Notes: generated by a model not told the origin, from the letters alone. A stretch of DNA of 64,000 nt from an uncultured Gemmatimonadales bacterium (GCA_963783385.1 CAWANJ010000001.1:192001-256000); one strand, 5' to 3'. Shown: positions 44,449-60,429, counted from the first letter of the stretch. Translations and numbers: made by a program.

Positions 44449-46554
44449 TCAGGAACGGCCCCTGCCGTTGCCCGAGATGATCTCCTCCGCCTTCGAGCGC
44501 GGGACCTCTTCGTAGTGCGAGAACTGCATCGTGTACACGGCCCGCCCCTGGCTGAGCGAGCGCAGGGTGGTCGAGTACCCGAACATCTCCGACAGGGGGA
44601 CCGAAGCCCCGATCACCTGCGCGGAGGAGCGCTGCGTCATGCCGCCGATCTTGCCCCGGCGGCTGGAAAGATCGCCCATCACGTCCCCCAGGTACTCCTC
44701 CGGGGTGACGACTTCCACGTCCATGATCGGCTCGAGCAGGACGGGGCTCGCCCGCCGTACGGCCTCCTTGAGCGCCATGGATCCTGCCACCTTGAACGCC
44801 ATCTCGCTCGAGTCCACGTCGTGGTACGAGCCGTCGATCAGGGTGGCCTTGATGTCGATGAGGGGATAGCCCGCGACCACGCCCGAGTCGAGCGCCTCGC
44901 GGATGCCCCGCTCCACCGAGGGGATGAACTCGCGAGGGATCGAGCCGCCGTAGATCTCGTCCTCGAACAGGAAGCCCGTCCCGGGCTCGGCCGGCTCGAG
45001 GTTGATGACGACGTGACCGTACTGGCCCCGACCACCCGTCTGCTTGATGAACTTGCCCTCGACCTTCTGCACCGCCTTCCGGATGGTCTCCCGGTAGGCG
45101 ACCTGCGGCCGGCCGACGTTGGCGTCCACCTTGAACTCGCGCTGCAGCCGGTCGACGATGATCTCCAGGTGCAGCTCGCCCATGCCGCTGATGATCGTCT
45201 GACCCGTCTCGGGATCGGTATGCACCCGGAAGGTCGGGTCCTCGTCCGCCAGCCGCTGGAGCGCCTCGGAGAGCTTGTCCTGGTCGGCCTTCGTCCTGGG
45301 CTCGATGGCCACGCGGATCACCGGCTCGGGGAAGCTCATCGACTCGAGGACGATGGGCGCGTCCTTGTCGCTCAGCGTGTCGCCCGTCCGGGTGTTCTTG
45401 AGCCCGATGGCCGCGGCAATGTCACCCGCGAACACCTCCTCGCGCTCCTCCCGCTTGTTGGCGTGCATCTGCAGGAGCCGGGAGACGCGCTCCTGGCCGT
45501 CCTGCGTGGAGTTCAGCACGTACGAGCCCGCCTTGAGCGAGCCCGAGTACACCCTGAAATAGGTGAGCCGCCCGACGTACGGGTCCGTCGCGATCTTGAA
45601 GGCCAGGGCCGAGAAGGGCGCGTCGTCGGAGGCCTCGCGCGATTCCTCGTGCTCGTCCTTGTGCGGGACGTGTCCCTTGACCGGCGGCACGTCGATCGGC
45701 GCCGGCAGGTAGTCGACCACGGCGTCCAGGAGCCGCTGGACGCCCTTGTTCTTGAAGGATGCGCCGCACAGCACGGGCGTGAACGTGCCCGACAGCGTGG
45801 CCTTGCGGATGGCCCGCCGCAGCTCCTCCACGCTGAGATCCTGCCCCTCCAGGTACTTCTCGAGCAGCTCCTCGTCGTGCTCGACCACGGCCTCGATCAG
45901 CTCGTGGCGGAGCTCGCCGATCTTCTCGTTCAGGGAGTCGGGGACCGGCTCCTCGCTCCACCGCATCCCCAGGGACTCCTCGTCGTATACGATCTCCTTC
46001 TGCTCGACGATGTCCACCAGCCCGGTGAACAGCTCGCCCGAGCCGAGGGGCCACTGGATCGGGTGGGCGTTGGCGCCCAGTCGATCGTGCATCATCTGGA
46101 TGACGTTGGCGTAGTCGGCGCCCACCCGGTCCATCTTGTTGACGAACGCGATGCGCGGGACGCCGTACCGATCGGCCTGGCGCCACACGGTCTCCGACTG
46201 GGGCTCCACGCCTCCCACCGCGCAGAACAGGGCCACCGCGCCGTCGAGCACACGCAGGCTGCGCTCCACCTCCACGGTGAAGTCGACGTGCCCGGGGGTG
46301 TCGATGATGTTGATGCGATAATCCTGGTCTTTGTGCTTCCAGAAGGCCGTCGTCGCCGCGGAGGTGATGGTGATGCCCCGCTCCTGCTCCTGCTCCATCC
46401 AGTCCATCGTGGCATCGCCATGATGGACCTCGCCCATCCAATGCAGCCTCCCCGTGTAGTAGAGGATGCGCTCGGTGGTGGTGGTCTTACCGGCATCGAT
46501 GTGTGCCATGATGCCGATGTTCCGCAGCTTGTCGAGCGGCGTCTTCCTGGGCAT
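44449..46554 (-). CDS. fusA: Elongation factor G
   Basis: [27 protein letters not shown]. Confidence 0.98.
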   Translation of the reverse strand: MPRKTPLDKLRNIGIMAHIDAGKTTTTERILYYTGRLHWMGEVHHGDATMDWMEQEQERGITITSAATTAFWKHKDQDYRINIIDTPGHVDFTVEVERSLRVLDGAVALFCAVGGVEPQSETVWRQADRYGVPRIAFVNKMDRVGADYANVIQMMHDRLGANAHPIQWPLGSGELFTGLVDIVEQKEIVYDEESLGMRWSEEPVPDSLNEKIGELRHELIEAVVEHDEELLEKYLEGQDLSVEELRRAIRKATLSGTFTPVLCGASFKNKGVQRLLDAVVDYLPAPIDVPPVKGHVPHKDEHEESREASDDAPFSALAFKIATDPYVGRLTYFRVYSGSLKAGSYVLNSTQDGQERVSRLLQMHANKREEREEVFAGDIAAAIGLKNTRTGDTLSDKDAPIVLESMSFPEPVIRVAIEPRTKADQDKLSEALQRLADEDPTFRVHTDPETGQTIISGMGELHLEIIVDRLQREFKVDANVGRPQVAYRETIRKAVQKVEGKFIKQTGGRGQYGHVVINLEPAEPGTGFLFEDEIYGGSIPREFIPSVERGIREALDSGVVAGYPLIDIKATLIDGSYHDVDSSEMAFKVAGSMALKEAVRRASPVLLEPIMDVEVVTPEEYLGDVMGDLSSRRGKIGGMTQRSSAQVIGASVPLSEMFGYSTTLRSLSQGRAVYTMQFSHYEEVPRSKAEEIISGNGRGRS

Positions 46555-46718
46555 GATCTATCCGCGTATCCGTACTTTGTCGTTCAAAGCCTTCATCACA
46601 TCTCTCACGCAACCGGGGCCGGCCCGTCGGCGCCCTCGCCGAGCGACCGGCCCGAGTACTCGAGCGTGGGCGGGTCGACGGAACCGTTCCCGTCGCCCCG
46701 ACCGATGGGGCCTAGCGC

Positions 46719-47189
46719 CTACCAGCGATAGTGGGCGAAAGCCTTGTTCGCGTCCGCCATCCGGTGCACTTCCTGCTTTCGGCGGACCGCTCCGCCCTCG
46801 CCGTTGCTGGCGTCGACCAGCTCGCTCGCCAGCCGGTCCGCCATGGTCCGGTCCCCGCGCTGGCGGGAGAAGAACACCACCCACCGCCGGGCCAGTGAAT
46901 CGCGCCGGGCGGGGTGGACCTCCATGGGCACCTGATAGGTCGCGCCACCCACCCGCCGGCTGCGCACCTCCACCACGGGCCGCGCGTTGGAGAGGGCCTG
47001 CCGAAACACGTTCAGCGCCGGCTGGCCCGTCCGCTCCTCGATCTTGCGCATCGCCTCGTAGAAGATCGACTCGGCGATCGAGCGCTTCCCGTCGATCATC
47101 ACCGAGCTGATGAACTTGGTGACATCCTGGCTCCCGTACCGGGGGTCGGGCGCCACGTCCCGCCGATCGGCTCTCTGTCTCCGCGACAT
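46719..47189 (-). CDS. rpsG: 30S ribosomal protein S7
   Basis: RRVGGATYQVP, ANKAFAHYRW. Confidence 0.97.
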   Translation of the reverse strand: MSRRQRADRRDVAPDPRYGSQDVTKFISSVMIDGKRSIAESIFYEAMRKIEERTGQPALNVFRQALSNARPVVEVRSRRVGGATYQVPMEVHPARRDSLARRWVVFFSRQRGDRTMADRLASELVDASNGEGGAVRRKQEVHRMADANKAFAHYRW

Positions 47190-47216
47190 CCTCTTCCTCG
47201 CGCTCCCTGACGCTCG

Positions 47217-47588
47217 CTACCGCGGCCGCTTGGCGCCGTACTTGGACCGCCCCTGCCGCCGGTCCTGCACGCCCGATGCATCCAGCGTACCGCGCACGAT
47301 GTGGTAACGGACGCCCGGCAGGTCCTTTACTCGCCCGCCCCGGATGAGCACGATGCTGTGCTCCTGCAGGTTGTGTCCCTCACCCGGGATGTAGGCCGTG
47401 ACCTCGTAGCCGTTCGTGAGCCGTACGCGAGCCACCTTCCGCAGGGCCGAGTTGGGCTTCTTGGGCGTCGTCGTATACACCCGCGTGCACACGCCGCGCT
47501 TCTGGGGACTTCCCTCCAGGGCGGGCGCCTTGCGCTTCTTGTCGGCCTTGCTGCGGCCCTTGCGGACCAGCTGGTTGATCGTCGGCAT
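47217..47588 (-). CDS. rpsL: 30S ribosomal protein S12
   Basis: [26 protein letters not shown]. Confidence 0.98.
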   Translation of the reverse strand: MPTINQLVRKGRSKADKKRKAPALEGSPQKRGVCTRVYTTTPKKPNSALRKVARVRLTNGYEVTAYIPGEGHNLQEHSIVLIRGGRVKDLPGVRYHIVRGTLDASGVQDRRQGRSKYGAKRPR

Positions 47589-47670
47589 TCAGCCAGGAAT
47601 CCTCGTGTCCGTTCACGACTCGTGCGGTCCGGCGCGCCCGATCGGCCCCTCCGGGGCATGGTCGGGCAGG

Positions 47671-47704
47671 AAAAAAGTGCGGGGACGAGTACCCGCCCCC
47701 GCGC
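47671..47704 (-). terminator. Intrinsic terminator/attenuator in the rpsL leader
   Basis: GCGGGGGCGG-gtac-TCGTCCCCGC stem followed by ACTTTTTT. Confidence 0.7.
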
Positions 47705-47743
47705 CGCATCGCGCCCATCGACCCGCTGATCGACAGAACACGT

Positions 47744-47772
47744 ACTCTAGGGGCATTCGGCGGGAATGTCAA
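47744..47772 (-). promoter_or_regulatory. sigma70 promoter for the str operon
   Basis: TTGACA-N17-TAGAGT. Confidence 0.7.
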
Positions 47773-47784
47773 GCAGATGCGGGG

Positions 47785-47821
47785 CCCCGGGAGGCGGCTC
47801 CGAGCGGGCCCGCCTCCCGGG
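47785..47821 (-). terminator. Hairpin after rpoC stop
   Basis: CCCGGGAGGCGG...CCGCCTCCCGGG 12-bp stem. Confidence 0.5.
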
Positions 47822-47834
47822 TTTCTCCACGCCG

Positions 47835-50800
47835 CTAGGCCTCGACCTCCTCCGGCTCGGACTCCGACTCCGCCGTCTCGTCGGCGGGCAATCCGTCGCC
47901 GGTCAGATCCGCGAACAACCCCTCGCCGCGGGAGGAAGCGGCGGGCCGACGCAGTCGGTCCAGCTCCTCCTGCAGCTCCTCGCCCACCAGGAACTCGACG
48001 TCCTCGAACCGGTGGATGCCGGTGCCGGCCGGGATCTGGTGCCCGATGATGATGTTCTCCTTCAGCCCCCGGAGGTCGTCCCGCGCTCCCCGGACGGCCG
48101 CGTCGGTGAGCACGCGCGTGGTCTCCTGGAACGACGCCGCGCTGATGAAGGACTCGGTGGTCAAGCTGGACTTGGTGATGCCCAGCAGGATCGGCTCGGC
48201 CCGCGGCGGCTTGCCTCCCTCCTGGAGCACCGTGCGCGTCCTCTCCCGGAAGTCCATCCGGTCGACGTGCTCGCCCTCGAGGTACGCGGTGTCGCCCGGG
48301 TCGGTCACCCGCACCTTCTGGAGCATCTGGCGGACGATGACCCCGATGTGCTTGTCGTTGATCCGAACGCCCTGCAGCCGGTAGACCTCCTGGATCTCGT
48401 TGAGGAGGTATTCCTGCACCGCCCGCGGTCCCTTGACCAGCAGGATGTCGTGCGGGTTCACCGGACCCTCCGACAGGCGGTCGCCGGCCCGTACCATGTC
48501 GCCCTCGTGCACCCTGAGGTGCTTTCCGACCGCGACGGCGTACTTGTGCTCGTCGCCCTCCTCGGTGGTGACGATGATCTCGCGCTTGCCGCGCTTGATC
48601 CCGCCGAAGGAGACCTGGCCATCGACCTCGGTGATGGTGGCCGGGTCCTTGGGACGCCGGGCTTCGAACAGCTCCGCGACCCGCGGCAGGCCGCCCGTGA
48701 TGTCCCGGGTCTTGTAGGCTTCGCGGCTGATCTTGGCGAGGGTGTCGCCCGGCGTGACCTTCTGGCCCTCCTGGACCAGCAGCTGGGCGCCGACCGGGAC
48801 GATGAACTCGCGCAGCTTCTCTCCCTTCTTGTCCGCGATCTCGAGGCGCGGGTGCAGCTTCTTCTCGCGGTCCTCGATGATCACCAGCTGCCGTCGGCCC
48901 GTGGCCTCATCCAGCTCCTCGCGCACCGTCTCCTCGGGGACGATGTCGGAGAAGCGGATGGTACCGTCGTGGTCGGCCACGATCGGCTCCGAGTACGGGT
49001 CCCAGCTGAACAACAGGTCGCCCGGCTCCACCTCCTGCCCGTCGGTGACGTGCAGGTTGGCTCCGTAGGGCACCGCCAGCCGCGAGCGGATCCGATCCTC
49101 CTCCGTGTACATGAGGATCTGTCCCTCCCGGCTGGTGACGACCATCCGGTCGTCCGGGCTCTCCACGTACGTGATGCGTTCGAAGCCCACCTTGCCCTTG
49201 AGCTTGGACTTGCGCTGCGTCTGGGCGGCAATGCGGGCCGCGGTCCCGCCAATGTGGAAGGTCCGCAGGGTGAGCTGCGTGCCCGGCTCGCCGATGGACT
49301 GGGCGGCCAGGATCCCCACGGCCTCCCCAATGTCGACCTCGGCCATGGTGGCCAGGTTGCGCCCGTAGCACCGACGGCAGAATGCCCCGCCGAGCCTCGC
49401 ACGTGAGCACGGACCGGATCTTCACGGTCTGGATGCCGGAGTCCTCAATGGCCTCGGCCGCGGCCTCGTCGATGACCTCTCCGGCCTCGATGATGAGCTC
49501 CTCGTCGATCGGATCGACCACGTCCTCGAGGGCGACGTTGCCCACCACCCGGTCCCCCAGCGGCTCGATGATGTCCTCGCCCTCCTTGAGAGCCGACACC
49601 TCGAGCCCCAGCACCGTGCCGCAGTCGTCGTCCGTGACGGTGACGTCCTGGGCCACGTCCACGAGTCTGCGGGTCAGATAGCCCGCGTCGGCCGTCTTGA
49701 GCGCGGTGTCGGCCAATCCCTTACGGGCGCCGTGCGTGGAGATGAAGTACTCCAGCACGCTGAGGCCCTCGCGGAAGTTCGAGCGGATCGGGCTCTCGAT
49801 GATCTCGCCAATGCCGCCCGTGAGCTTCTTCTGCGGCTTGGCCATCAGGCCCCGCATGCCGGCCAGCTGGCGAATCTGGTCGCGGGAGCCTCTCGCCCCG
49901 GAGTCGAACATCATGAAGATCGGATTGAACCCACCCCGCGCCTGGGCCAGCCGGCGGACCATGGCGTCGGCCACGTCGTTGTTGGCGTGCGTCCAGGCGT
50001 CGATGACCTTGTTGTAGCGCTCTCCGAACGAGATCACGCCGCGGTGGTAGGCCTTGGTGAACCGATCGACCTGCTCCTGGGCTTCCGCGAGGATCTCGCG
50101 CTTCTCGGCCGGGATCTCCATGTCGATCATGCCGATCGAGATTCCACCGGCCGTGGCGACGCGGAAGCCGAAGTCCTTGAGTCGGTCCAGGAACTCGGTC
50201 GTCTTCTTGAGGCCCGCCTCCTGGAAAGACCGGAAGATCAGGTCCCCCAGCGAGCCCTTGGTCATCGTCTGGTCGACGAAGCGCACCTCCTCCGGGAGGA
50301 TCGCGTTGAACGCAACCCGACCGAGGGTCGTCGGCAGCCACCGGTCCTCGAACCAGAACAGGACCGGCTGCTGCCAGTCCGGACTCCCGTGCGCCTTCCG
50401 GGACTGCCCGTTCTCGAGGCGGATGTCCACTTCCTCGTAGCTGCCCAGACGCGGAAGGTCGGAATCCTCGATCCGGCCCTCGAACTTGGGACCGGGCTTG
50501 GTGACGTAGTAGCAGCCCAGGACCATGTCCTGCGTCGGCGCCGCGATCGGCCGCCCGTTGGCGGGCTTGAGGATGTTGTTGCTGGAGAGCATGAGGACGC
50601 GCGACTCCAGCTGCGCCTCGAAGGACAGCGGCACGTGCACGGCCATCTGGTCCCCGTCGAAGTCGGCGTTGAAAGCCGCGCACACGAGCGGGTGGATCCG
50701 GATGGCCTTCCCCTCGACCAGGACCGGCTCGAACGCCTGGATGCCCAGTCGGTGCAGGGTGGGCGCACGGTTGAGGAGGACCGGGTGGTCCTTGATGATG

Positions 50801-52066
50801 TCCTCGAGGACCTCGTAGACCTTCGGGTCGTCCTCCTCGACCAGCTTCTTGGCGCGCTTCACGGTCTCGGCGAGCTCACGTCGCTCGAGCTCGTGGATGA
50901 TGTAGGGCTTGAAGAGCTCGACGGCCATCACCTTGGGCAGGCCGCACTGGTGCAGCTTGAGCTCCGGGCCCACCACGATGACGGAACGGCCCGAGTAGTC
51001 GACGCGCTTGCCCAGCAGGTTCTGCCGGAACCGCCCCTGCTTCCCCTTGAGCATGTCCGACAGCGACTTGAGCGGCCGCTTGCCGCGCCCCCGGATGGCC
51101 TTGCCCCGGCGACCGTTGTCGAACAGGGCGTCGACGGCCTCCTGGAGCATCCGCTTCTCGTTCCGGAGGATGACCTCCGGCGCGCGCATCTCGAGGAGCT
51201 TCTTGAGCCGGTTGTTCCTGTTGATGACCCGGCGGTACAGGTCGTTGAGGTCCGAGGTGGCGAAGCGCCCCCCATCCAGCGGCACCAGAGGACGCAGGTC
51301 CGGCGGGATGACCGGAATCACGTCCATGATGAAGTGCTCGGGGTTGTTCCGCTGGTCGGGCGTCTCCCCGCTGCCGCGGATCGCGTCGATCACCTTGAGT
51401 CGCTTGAGCTTCTTCTTCTTACGGTGCTTGGAGGTCTCGTGCGCCACCTCGTAACGAAGCTGTTCGGCCAGCTCGTCCACGTCGAGCTGCCCGAGGAGGC
51501 TACGGACCGCCTCCGCGCCGATCTCGGCCCGGAATTCCGTGTCCCCCTCCTGGCGAGCCTTCTCGGTCAGCTCCCAGTACTCGTCTTCGTCCAGGAGCTG
51601 CTTGTAATCGACGTCCTGCCGCCCGGGGTGCGTGACCACATAAGCCGCGTAGTAGGTGACCTGCTCGAGGTTCTTGAGCTTCATGCCGAGCAGGTAACCC
51701 ATCTGCGACGGGAGCGTCTTGAAGAACCAGATGTGGGCGACCGGCACGGCCAGCTCGATGTGGCCCATGCGCTCGCGCCGCACCTTGGAGAGCGTCACCT
51801 CCACGCCGCACTTGTCGCACACGTGCCCGCGGTAGCGGATCCGCTTGAACTTCCCGCAGTGGCACTCCCAGTCCTTCACCGGGCCGAAGATGCGCTCGCA
51901 GAACAGCCCGTCCCGCTCCGGCTTGAAGGAGCGGTAGTTGATGGTCTCGGGCTTGGTCACCTCGCCGTAGCTCCACGACCGGATCTCCTCCGGGCGAGGC
52001 GATCTTGATCTGGATCCAGTCGAAGTCCGACGGGCTGCCGCCCCGATTTCTCGGAAAATCGATCAT
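47835..52066 (-). CDS. rpoC: RNA polymerase subunit beta' (apparent +1 frameshifts at ~51991 and ~49381)
   Basis: KIASP|[15 protein letters not shown], Zn finger, NADFDGD, RRGI|[27 protein letters not shown] spread over three frames. Confidence 0.97.
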
Positions 52067-52136
52067 CTGCTATCCTTCTCAGCTGCGGTCGTGGTCGTAC
52101 CGGTATTCGTGATGGCCGGGTCCACCCCGGACCGCC

Positions 52137-56751
<4,615 letters not shown>

Positions 56752-56875
56752 GAATGCCTCTCCTGCCAGTTCGGAAGGATCGCGGGCACGGGCCACGCGA
56801 TCAGGGTCGACACGGCCTCGGCGCCCGGTCCCCGGACGTGCCGTGACCGTCCCGTCGCCGGGCCGGTCGCCTGCG

Positions 56876-56942
56876 AGAAGAAACGCGGAGGACGAGGCGG
56901 GCGGGCCCCTGGGGGACCGCCACCGGCTTCGTCATCCGCGTT
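56876..56942 (-). terminator. Long stem with pyrimidine tail in the rplL-rpoB spacer (putative attenuator)
   Basis: AACGCGGATGACGAAGC...GCCTCGTCCTCCGCGTT followed by TCTTCT. Confidence 0.45.
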
Positions 56943-57118
56943 CTCCGGCCCGCACGGGAACGCCCCCCGGCTCGGGCCGGGTGTCCGTGCGAGGGTATGT
57001 GATTCGTTGTTTCTTTCGTCCATAGCAGCGAGCTTGGGGGCCCTTTCCGGACACCGGTCTCTCCGGCCCGTCCGGCCGGGGAAGCGGACGCGGGGCACCG
57101 CCCCGCGCCGGCTCGCAG

Positions 57119-57496
57119 CTACTTCAGCTCGACGGTCGCACCCTGCTCCTCGAGCTTCGCCTTGATGGACTCGGCCTCCTCCTTCGTCACGCCCTCGCGG
57201 ACCGGCCCGGGCGCGTTGTCCACCACTTCCTTGGCCTCCTTGAGACCGAGGCTCGTCACCTCTCGCACGACCTTGATGACCTGGATCTTCTTGTCACCAA
57301 TGCCCGTGAGGATGACGTCGAAGGAGGTCTTTTCTTCCTCCTCGGCGCCCGCTCCGGCGCCGGCGCCACCGGCCGCCACGGCCACGGGGGCCGCCGCGGT
57401 GACGCCGAACTTCTCCTCCATCTTCTCCTTCAGCTCGGCCGCCTCGAGGACGGTGAGCGAGCCGATGGACTCCAGGATTTCGTCGACCTTGCTCAT
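57119..57496 (-). CDS. rplL: 50S ribosomal protein L7/L12
   Basis: [24 protein letters not shown]. Confidence 0.97.
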   Translation of the reverse strand: MSKVDEILESIGSLTVLEAAELKEKMEEKFGVTAAAPVAVAAGGAGAGAGAEEEEKTSFDVILTGIGDKKIQVIKVVREVTSLGLKEAKEVVDNAPGPVREGVTKEEAESIKAKLEEQGATVELK

Positions 57497-57563
57497 GCTG
57501 CGCTGCTCCCTACCCTAGGTCTCAAGGTTTGTTCGTCCCGTCGTGCGGGCCCGCCAGCCGCCA

Positions 57564-58103
57564 TCAGTCGGCGGCGCCTTCCTCGCGCTTCCTGGCCACT
57601 TCTCCGGCCATGTAGGCGATGTCTCTCAGGAGCCCGTTGAGGATCTGCACGATCCCGGCCACCGGGGCGGTGAGGCTTCCCATGATGGACGCCAGCAAGG
57701 CGTCCCGAGGTGGAAGCTCGGCGAGGCGCGAGAACTCCTCGGTCGTGATCACACGCCGTCCCACCACCCCCACCTTGACGCTGGGGCGCTCGTCGTGCTC
57801 CTTTGCGAAGTCGCGGACGATCTTCGCCGGCACCACCGGGTCCTCGGCGCCGAACACCACGCCCGTGGGTCCGCGCAGGTGGTCCGCCAGCTCCGGCAGG
57901 TCGAGGCTCTCGAGCGCCCGGCGGGCCAGCGTGTTCTTGGCCACCTGGTACTCGACGCCACCCTCCCGGAGGCGCGCCCGAAGTTCGGTCATGGCCTGGA
58001 CGTCCAGGCCCGTGAAGTCGGTCAGGTAGATCGTCCCGGCCGCCTCGAACCGCTGGGCGAGCTCGTCCGCGATCGTCTGCTTCTTCTCCAGCGTCATCGC
58101 CAT
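57564..58103 (-). CDS. rplJ: 50S ribosomal protein L10
   Basis: DFTGL, VAKNTL, LAELP. Confidence 0.96.
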   Translation of the reverse strand: MAMTLEKKQTIADELAQRFEAAGTIYLTDFTGLDVQAMTELRARLREGGVEYQVAKNTLARRALESLDLPELADHLRGPTGVVFGAEDPVVPAKIVRDFAKEHDERPSVKVGVVGRRVITTEEFSRLAELPPRDALLASIMGSLTAPVAGIVQILNGLLRDIAYMAGEVARKREEGAAD

Positions 58104-58143
58104 GGGGCTGCTCTCGACTCCTCGCTCGACTGCGCCGGCCGGC

Positions 58144-58845
58144 TCACGCCGTGCTGCGGCGATACAGGTTCGGATCGATGGGCACGCCTGGACCCATCGT
58201 GCTGCTGACGGTCACGCTACGGACGTAGGCACCCTTGGCCGCCGCCGGGCGCTGCCGGAGGACGGCGTCCATGAGGGCCCGGAAGTTCTCGACCAGCTGC
58301 TCCAGCGAGAAGCTCGTCTTGCCGATGGGCGCGTGCAGGTTCCCGTCGCGGTCCACGCGGAACTCGATCTTGCCGGCCTTGGCCTCGCGAACCGCGCGCC
58401 CCACGTCCTGGGTGACGGTACCGGCCTTGGGCGTCGGCATGAGGCCCCGGGGGCCCAGGATCCGGCCCAGCCTGGCGACGTCCTTCATGAGGTCGGGGGT
58501 GGCGACGGCCACGTCGAAGTCCAGCCAGCCGCCCTCGATCTTCTCGATGAACTCCGGTCCGACGAAGTCCGCCCCGGCCTCCTCGGCCTCGCGGGCCTTG
58601 GGCCCCTGGGCCAGGGCCAGCACGCGCACGGTCTTGCCGGTGCCGGCCGGGAGCACGACCGTCCCGCGCACCAGCTGGTCCGCCTGGCGGGGGTCCACTC
58701 CGAGCCGGAGGGCCACCTCGACCGTCTCGTCGAAGCCGGCCGACCCGAGCTCCTTGACCTGCGTGAGCGCCTCGCCCGGCTCGTAGCTCCGTCCGGGCTC
58801 GAGGGTGGCCACGGCATCCCGGTACTTCTTGCCGCCGCGCCCCAT
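58144..58845 (-). CDS. rplA: 50S ribosomal protein L1
   Basis: [26 protein letters not shown]. Confidence 0.97.
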   Translation of the reverse strand: MGRGGKKYRDAVATLEPGRSYEPGEALTQVKELGSAGFDETVEVALRLGVDPRQADQLVRGTVVLPAGTGKTVRVLALAQGPKAREAEEAGADFVGPEFIEKIEGGWLDFDVAVATPDLMKDVARLGRILGPRGLMPTPKAGTVTQDVGRAVREAKAGKIEFRVDRDGNLHAPIGKTSFSLEQLVENFRALMDAVLRQRPAAAKGAYVRSVTVSSTMGPGVPIDPNLYRRSTA

Positions 58846-59270
58846 CAGCCCTGAACCTCGATGCCCATGGACCGCGCGGTTCCCGCGATCATACGGATCG
58901 CGGCCTCCTCGTCACCGGCGTTCAGATCCTCCATCTTGATCCGCGCGATCTTGCGCAGCTGCTCGCGGGTCACCGTGCCCACCTTGTCCCGGTTGGGCTC
59001 GGCCGACCCCGACGCGACGCCGGCCTCCTGCTTGAGGAGCACCGCCGCCGGGGGCGTCTTGGTGATAAAGGTGAAGCTGCGGTCCTGGTAGACCGTGATC
59101 TCCACGGGGATGATCGTCCCCGAGTCCTTGGCCGTCCGCGAGTTGAACTGCTTGCAGAACTCCATGATGTTGACGCCGTGCTGGCCGAGTGCCGGACCCA
59201 CGGGGGGCGCCGGGTTGGCCTGGCCGGCCGGGATCTGCAGCTTGATGAAGCCTGTCGCCTTCTTCGCCAT
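58845..59270 (-). CDS. rplK: 50S ribosomal protein L11
   Basis: [22 protein letters not shown]. Confidence 0.97.
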   Translation of the reverse strand: MAKKATGFIKLQIPAGQANPAPPVGPALGQHGVNIMEFCKQFNSRTAKDSGTIIPVEITVYQDRSFTFITKTPPAAVLLKQEAGVASGSAEPNRDKVGTVTREQLRKIARIKMEDLNAGDEEAAIRMIAGTARSMGIEVQG

Positions 59271-59317
59271 CGTTCCCCTGTCGTCCTTCTATGCCGTCGC
59301 GTGGCTCGTGTCCCGGA

Positions 59318-59349
59318 GCGCGGCGGGTGGGCGCGCTGCCCTCCCGCGT
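59318..59349 (-). promoter_or_regulatory. Putative L1-binding leader (rplK autoregulatory element)
   Basis: CGCGG-GAG-GGC agcgc GCC-CACCCG-CCGCG two-stem motif with a GGGAG internal loop, resembling known L1 operator sites. Confidence 0.55.
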
Positions 59350-59362
59350 GCGTCGGTGCGGT

Positions 59363-59929
59363 TCAGAAGCCCTGGAGCTGCGTGTAGTCCAGCTCCACGC
59401 TCGTCGGCCGACCGAAGAGGCTCACCTGTACCCGGACCTTGCCCTTGTCCGGGAAGACCTCCTCCACCGTGCCGCTGAAGTCGCTGAACGGCCCCTCGGT
59501 GACCTCCACCGCCTGGCCGCGCCGGAACGGGATCTCCTCCTCCGGCCCCGCTTCCTCGAGTTCCTCGCTGATGCCGAGGATCTTGTTGATCTCTTCCTGC
59601 TTGAGCGGCTGGGGCTCGTCCCCGCCTCCCACGAACTTGATCACACCCTGCACGCTGTTGACCAGGTACATCGTGTCCTGGTTGAGGACCATCTGGAGCA
59701 GCACGTAGCCGGGATACAGCCGCCGTGTCTTGGTGACCTTCTTGCCGCCCTTGATCTCCACGACCTCCTGGGTCGGCACGATCACCTCGCGGATCGCCTT
59801 CTCCTCGGGCGTCTCGCCCGGCAACTCGGCGATCTTGCGCTCCAGGAGCGACTTCACCTTGTTCTCGTGACCCGAGTAGGTCTGCAGCGCGTACCAGCGT
59901 GGTTCCGGGCTCTCCCGTTCCTCAGCCAC
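59363..59929 (-). CDS. nusG: Transcription termination/antitermination factor NusG
   Basis: WYALQTYSGHENKV, YPGYVL, KOW GPFSDFSG, FGRPTSVEL. Confidence 0.97.
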   Translation of the reverse strand: MAEERESPEPRWYALQTYSGHENKVKSLLERKIAELPGETPEEKAIREVIVPTQEVVEIKGGKKVTKTRRLYPGYVLLQMVLNQDTMYLVNSVQGVIKFVGGGDEPQPLKQEEINKILGISEELEEAGPEEEIPFRRGQAVEVTEGPFSDFSGTVEEVFPDKGKVRVQVSLFGRPTSVELDYTQLQGF

Positions 59930-60125
59930 CGAACACTCCCACCATCGTGCGAATGAACCACGAGAAGAACGCGTCCATGAGCCCGATGACAACGGAGAGG
60001 ATGAGCACGAACACCAGGATCACGATCGTAGCGTTACGCAGCTGCTCGCGGTCGGGCCACGTGACCCGACGCATCTCGACCTGCACACCCTCGACAAACT
60101 CCTTTAGACCCTGTAGTGCCGCCAT
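59922..60125 (-). CDS. secE: Preprotein translocase SecE
   Basis: EMRRVTWP plus a single TM helix. Confidence 0.95.
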   Translation of the reverse strand: MAALQGLKEFVEGVQVEMRRVTWPDREQLRNATIVILVFVLILSVVIGLMDAFFSWFIRTMVGVFGG

Positions 60126-60194
60126 CCCGTCGGTTCTCCATCCTCACTCTTGGGCGAGGCCCGGCCCCGCTCCGTGCATCCCGGCGACGCGAAA

Positions 60195-60260
60195 GCCGGC
60201 CCCTCCTCGCTCCACGGCGAGGCGCGTCCGCTCCTCGTGGCGGAACGGACGCGGGCCGGC
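60195..60260 (-). other. Candidate structured RNA: three-way junction with complementary loops
   Basis: P1 GCCGGCCC/GGGCCGGC; an 11-bp hairpin with loop GCCACGA; a 6-bp hairpin with loop CGTGGA. Confidence 0.55.
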
Positions 60261-60275
60261 GCCCTTCACGCGCGC

Positions 60276-60425
60276 CTAGCGCGTCTCTTTGTGCGTAGTG
60301 TGGGCATCGCAGCGCGGACAGTACTTCTTGTACTCGACCCGCTGCGGATGTTTCCGCCGGTTCTTCGTGGTCGTGTAGTTACGCTCGTGGCACTTCGAGC
60401 ACTCGAGCGTGATCTGGTCCCTCAT
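60276..60425 (-). CDS. rpmG: 50S ribosomal protein L33 (Zn-ribbon type)
   Basis: Own translation (not in ORF track): [49 protein letters not shown]. Confidence 0.96.
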   Translation of the reverse strand: MRDQITLECSKCHERNYTTTKNRRKHPQRVEYKKYCPRCDAHTTHKETR

Positions 60426-60429
60426 CGAA

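Noticed and set aside
47835-52066. Split rpoC (cyanobacterial rpoC1/rpoC2-like), pseudogenes, or programmed frameshifting in rpoC, secA, tsaB and uxs
   Set aside because: Breaks fall inside conserved motifs, have no slippery sequences, and are repaired by deleting one base; artefact is far more likely
56752-57098. 115-aa N-terminal extension of RpoB in the ORF track (similar extensions on tuf, cysS, rel, map, rpsC, tolQ)
   Set aside because: These are open frames through non-coding or overlapping DNA; homology and RBS positions point to later starts
58104-58143. L10 leader upstream of rplJ
   Set aside because: The spacer is only 40 nt, too short for the known structure
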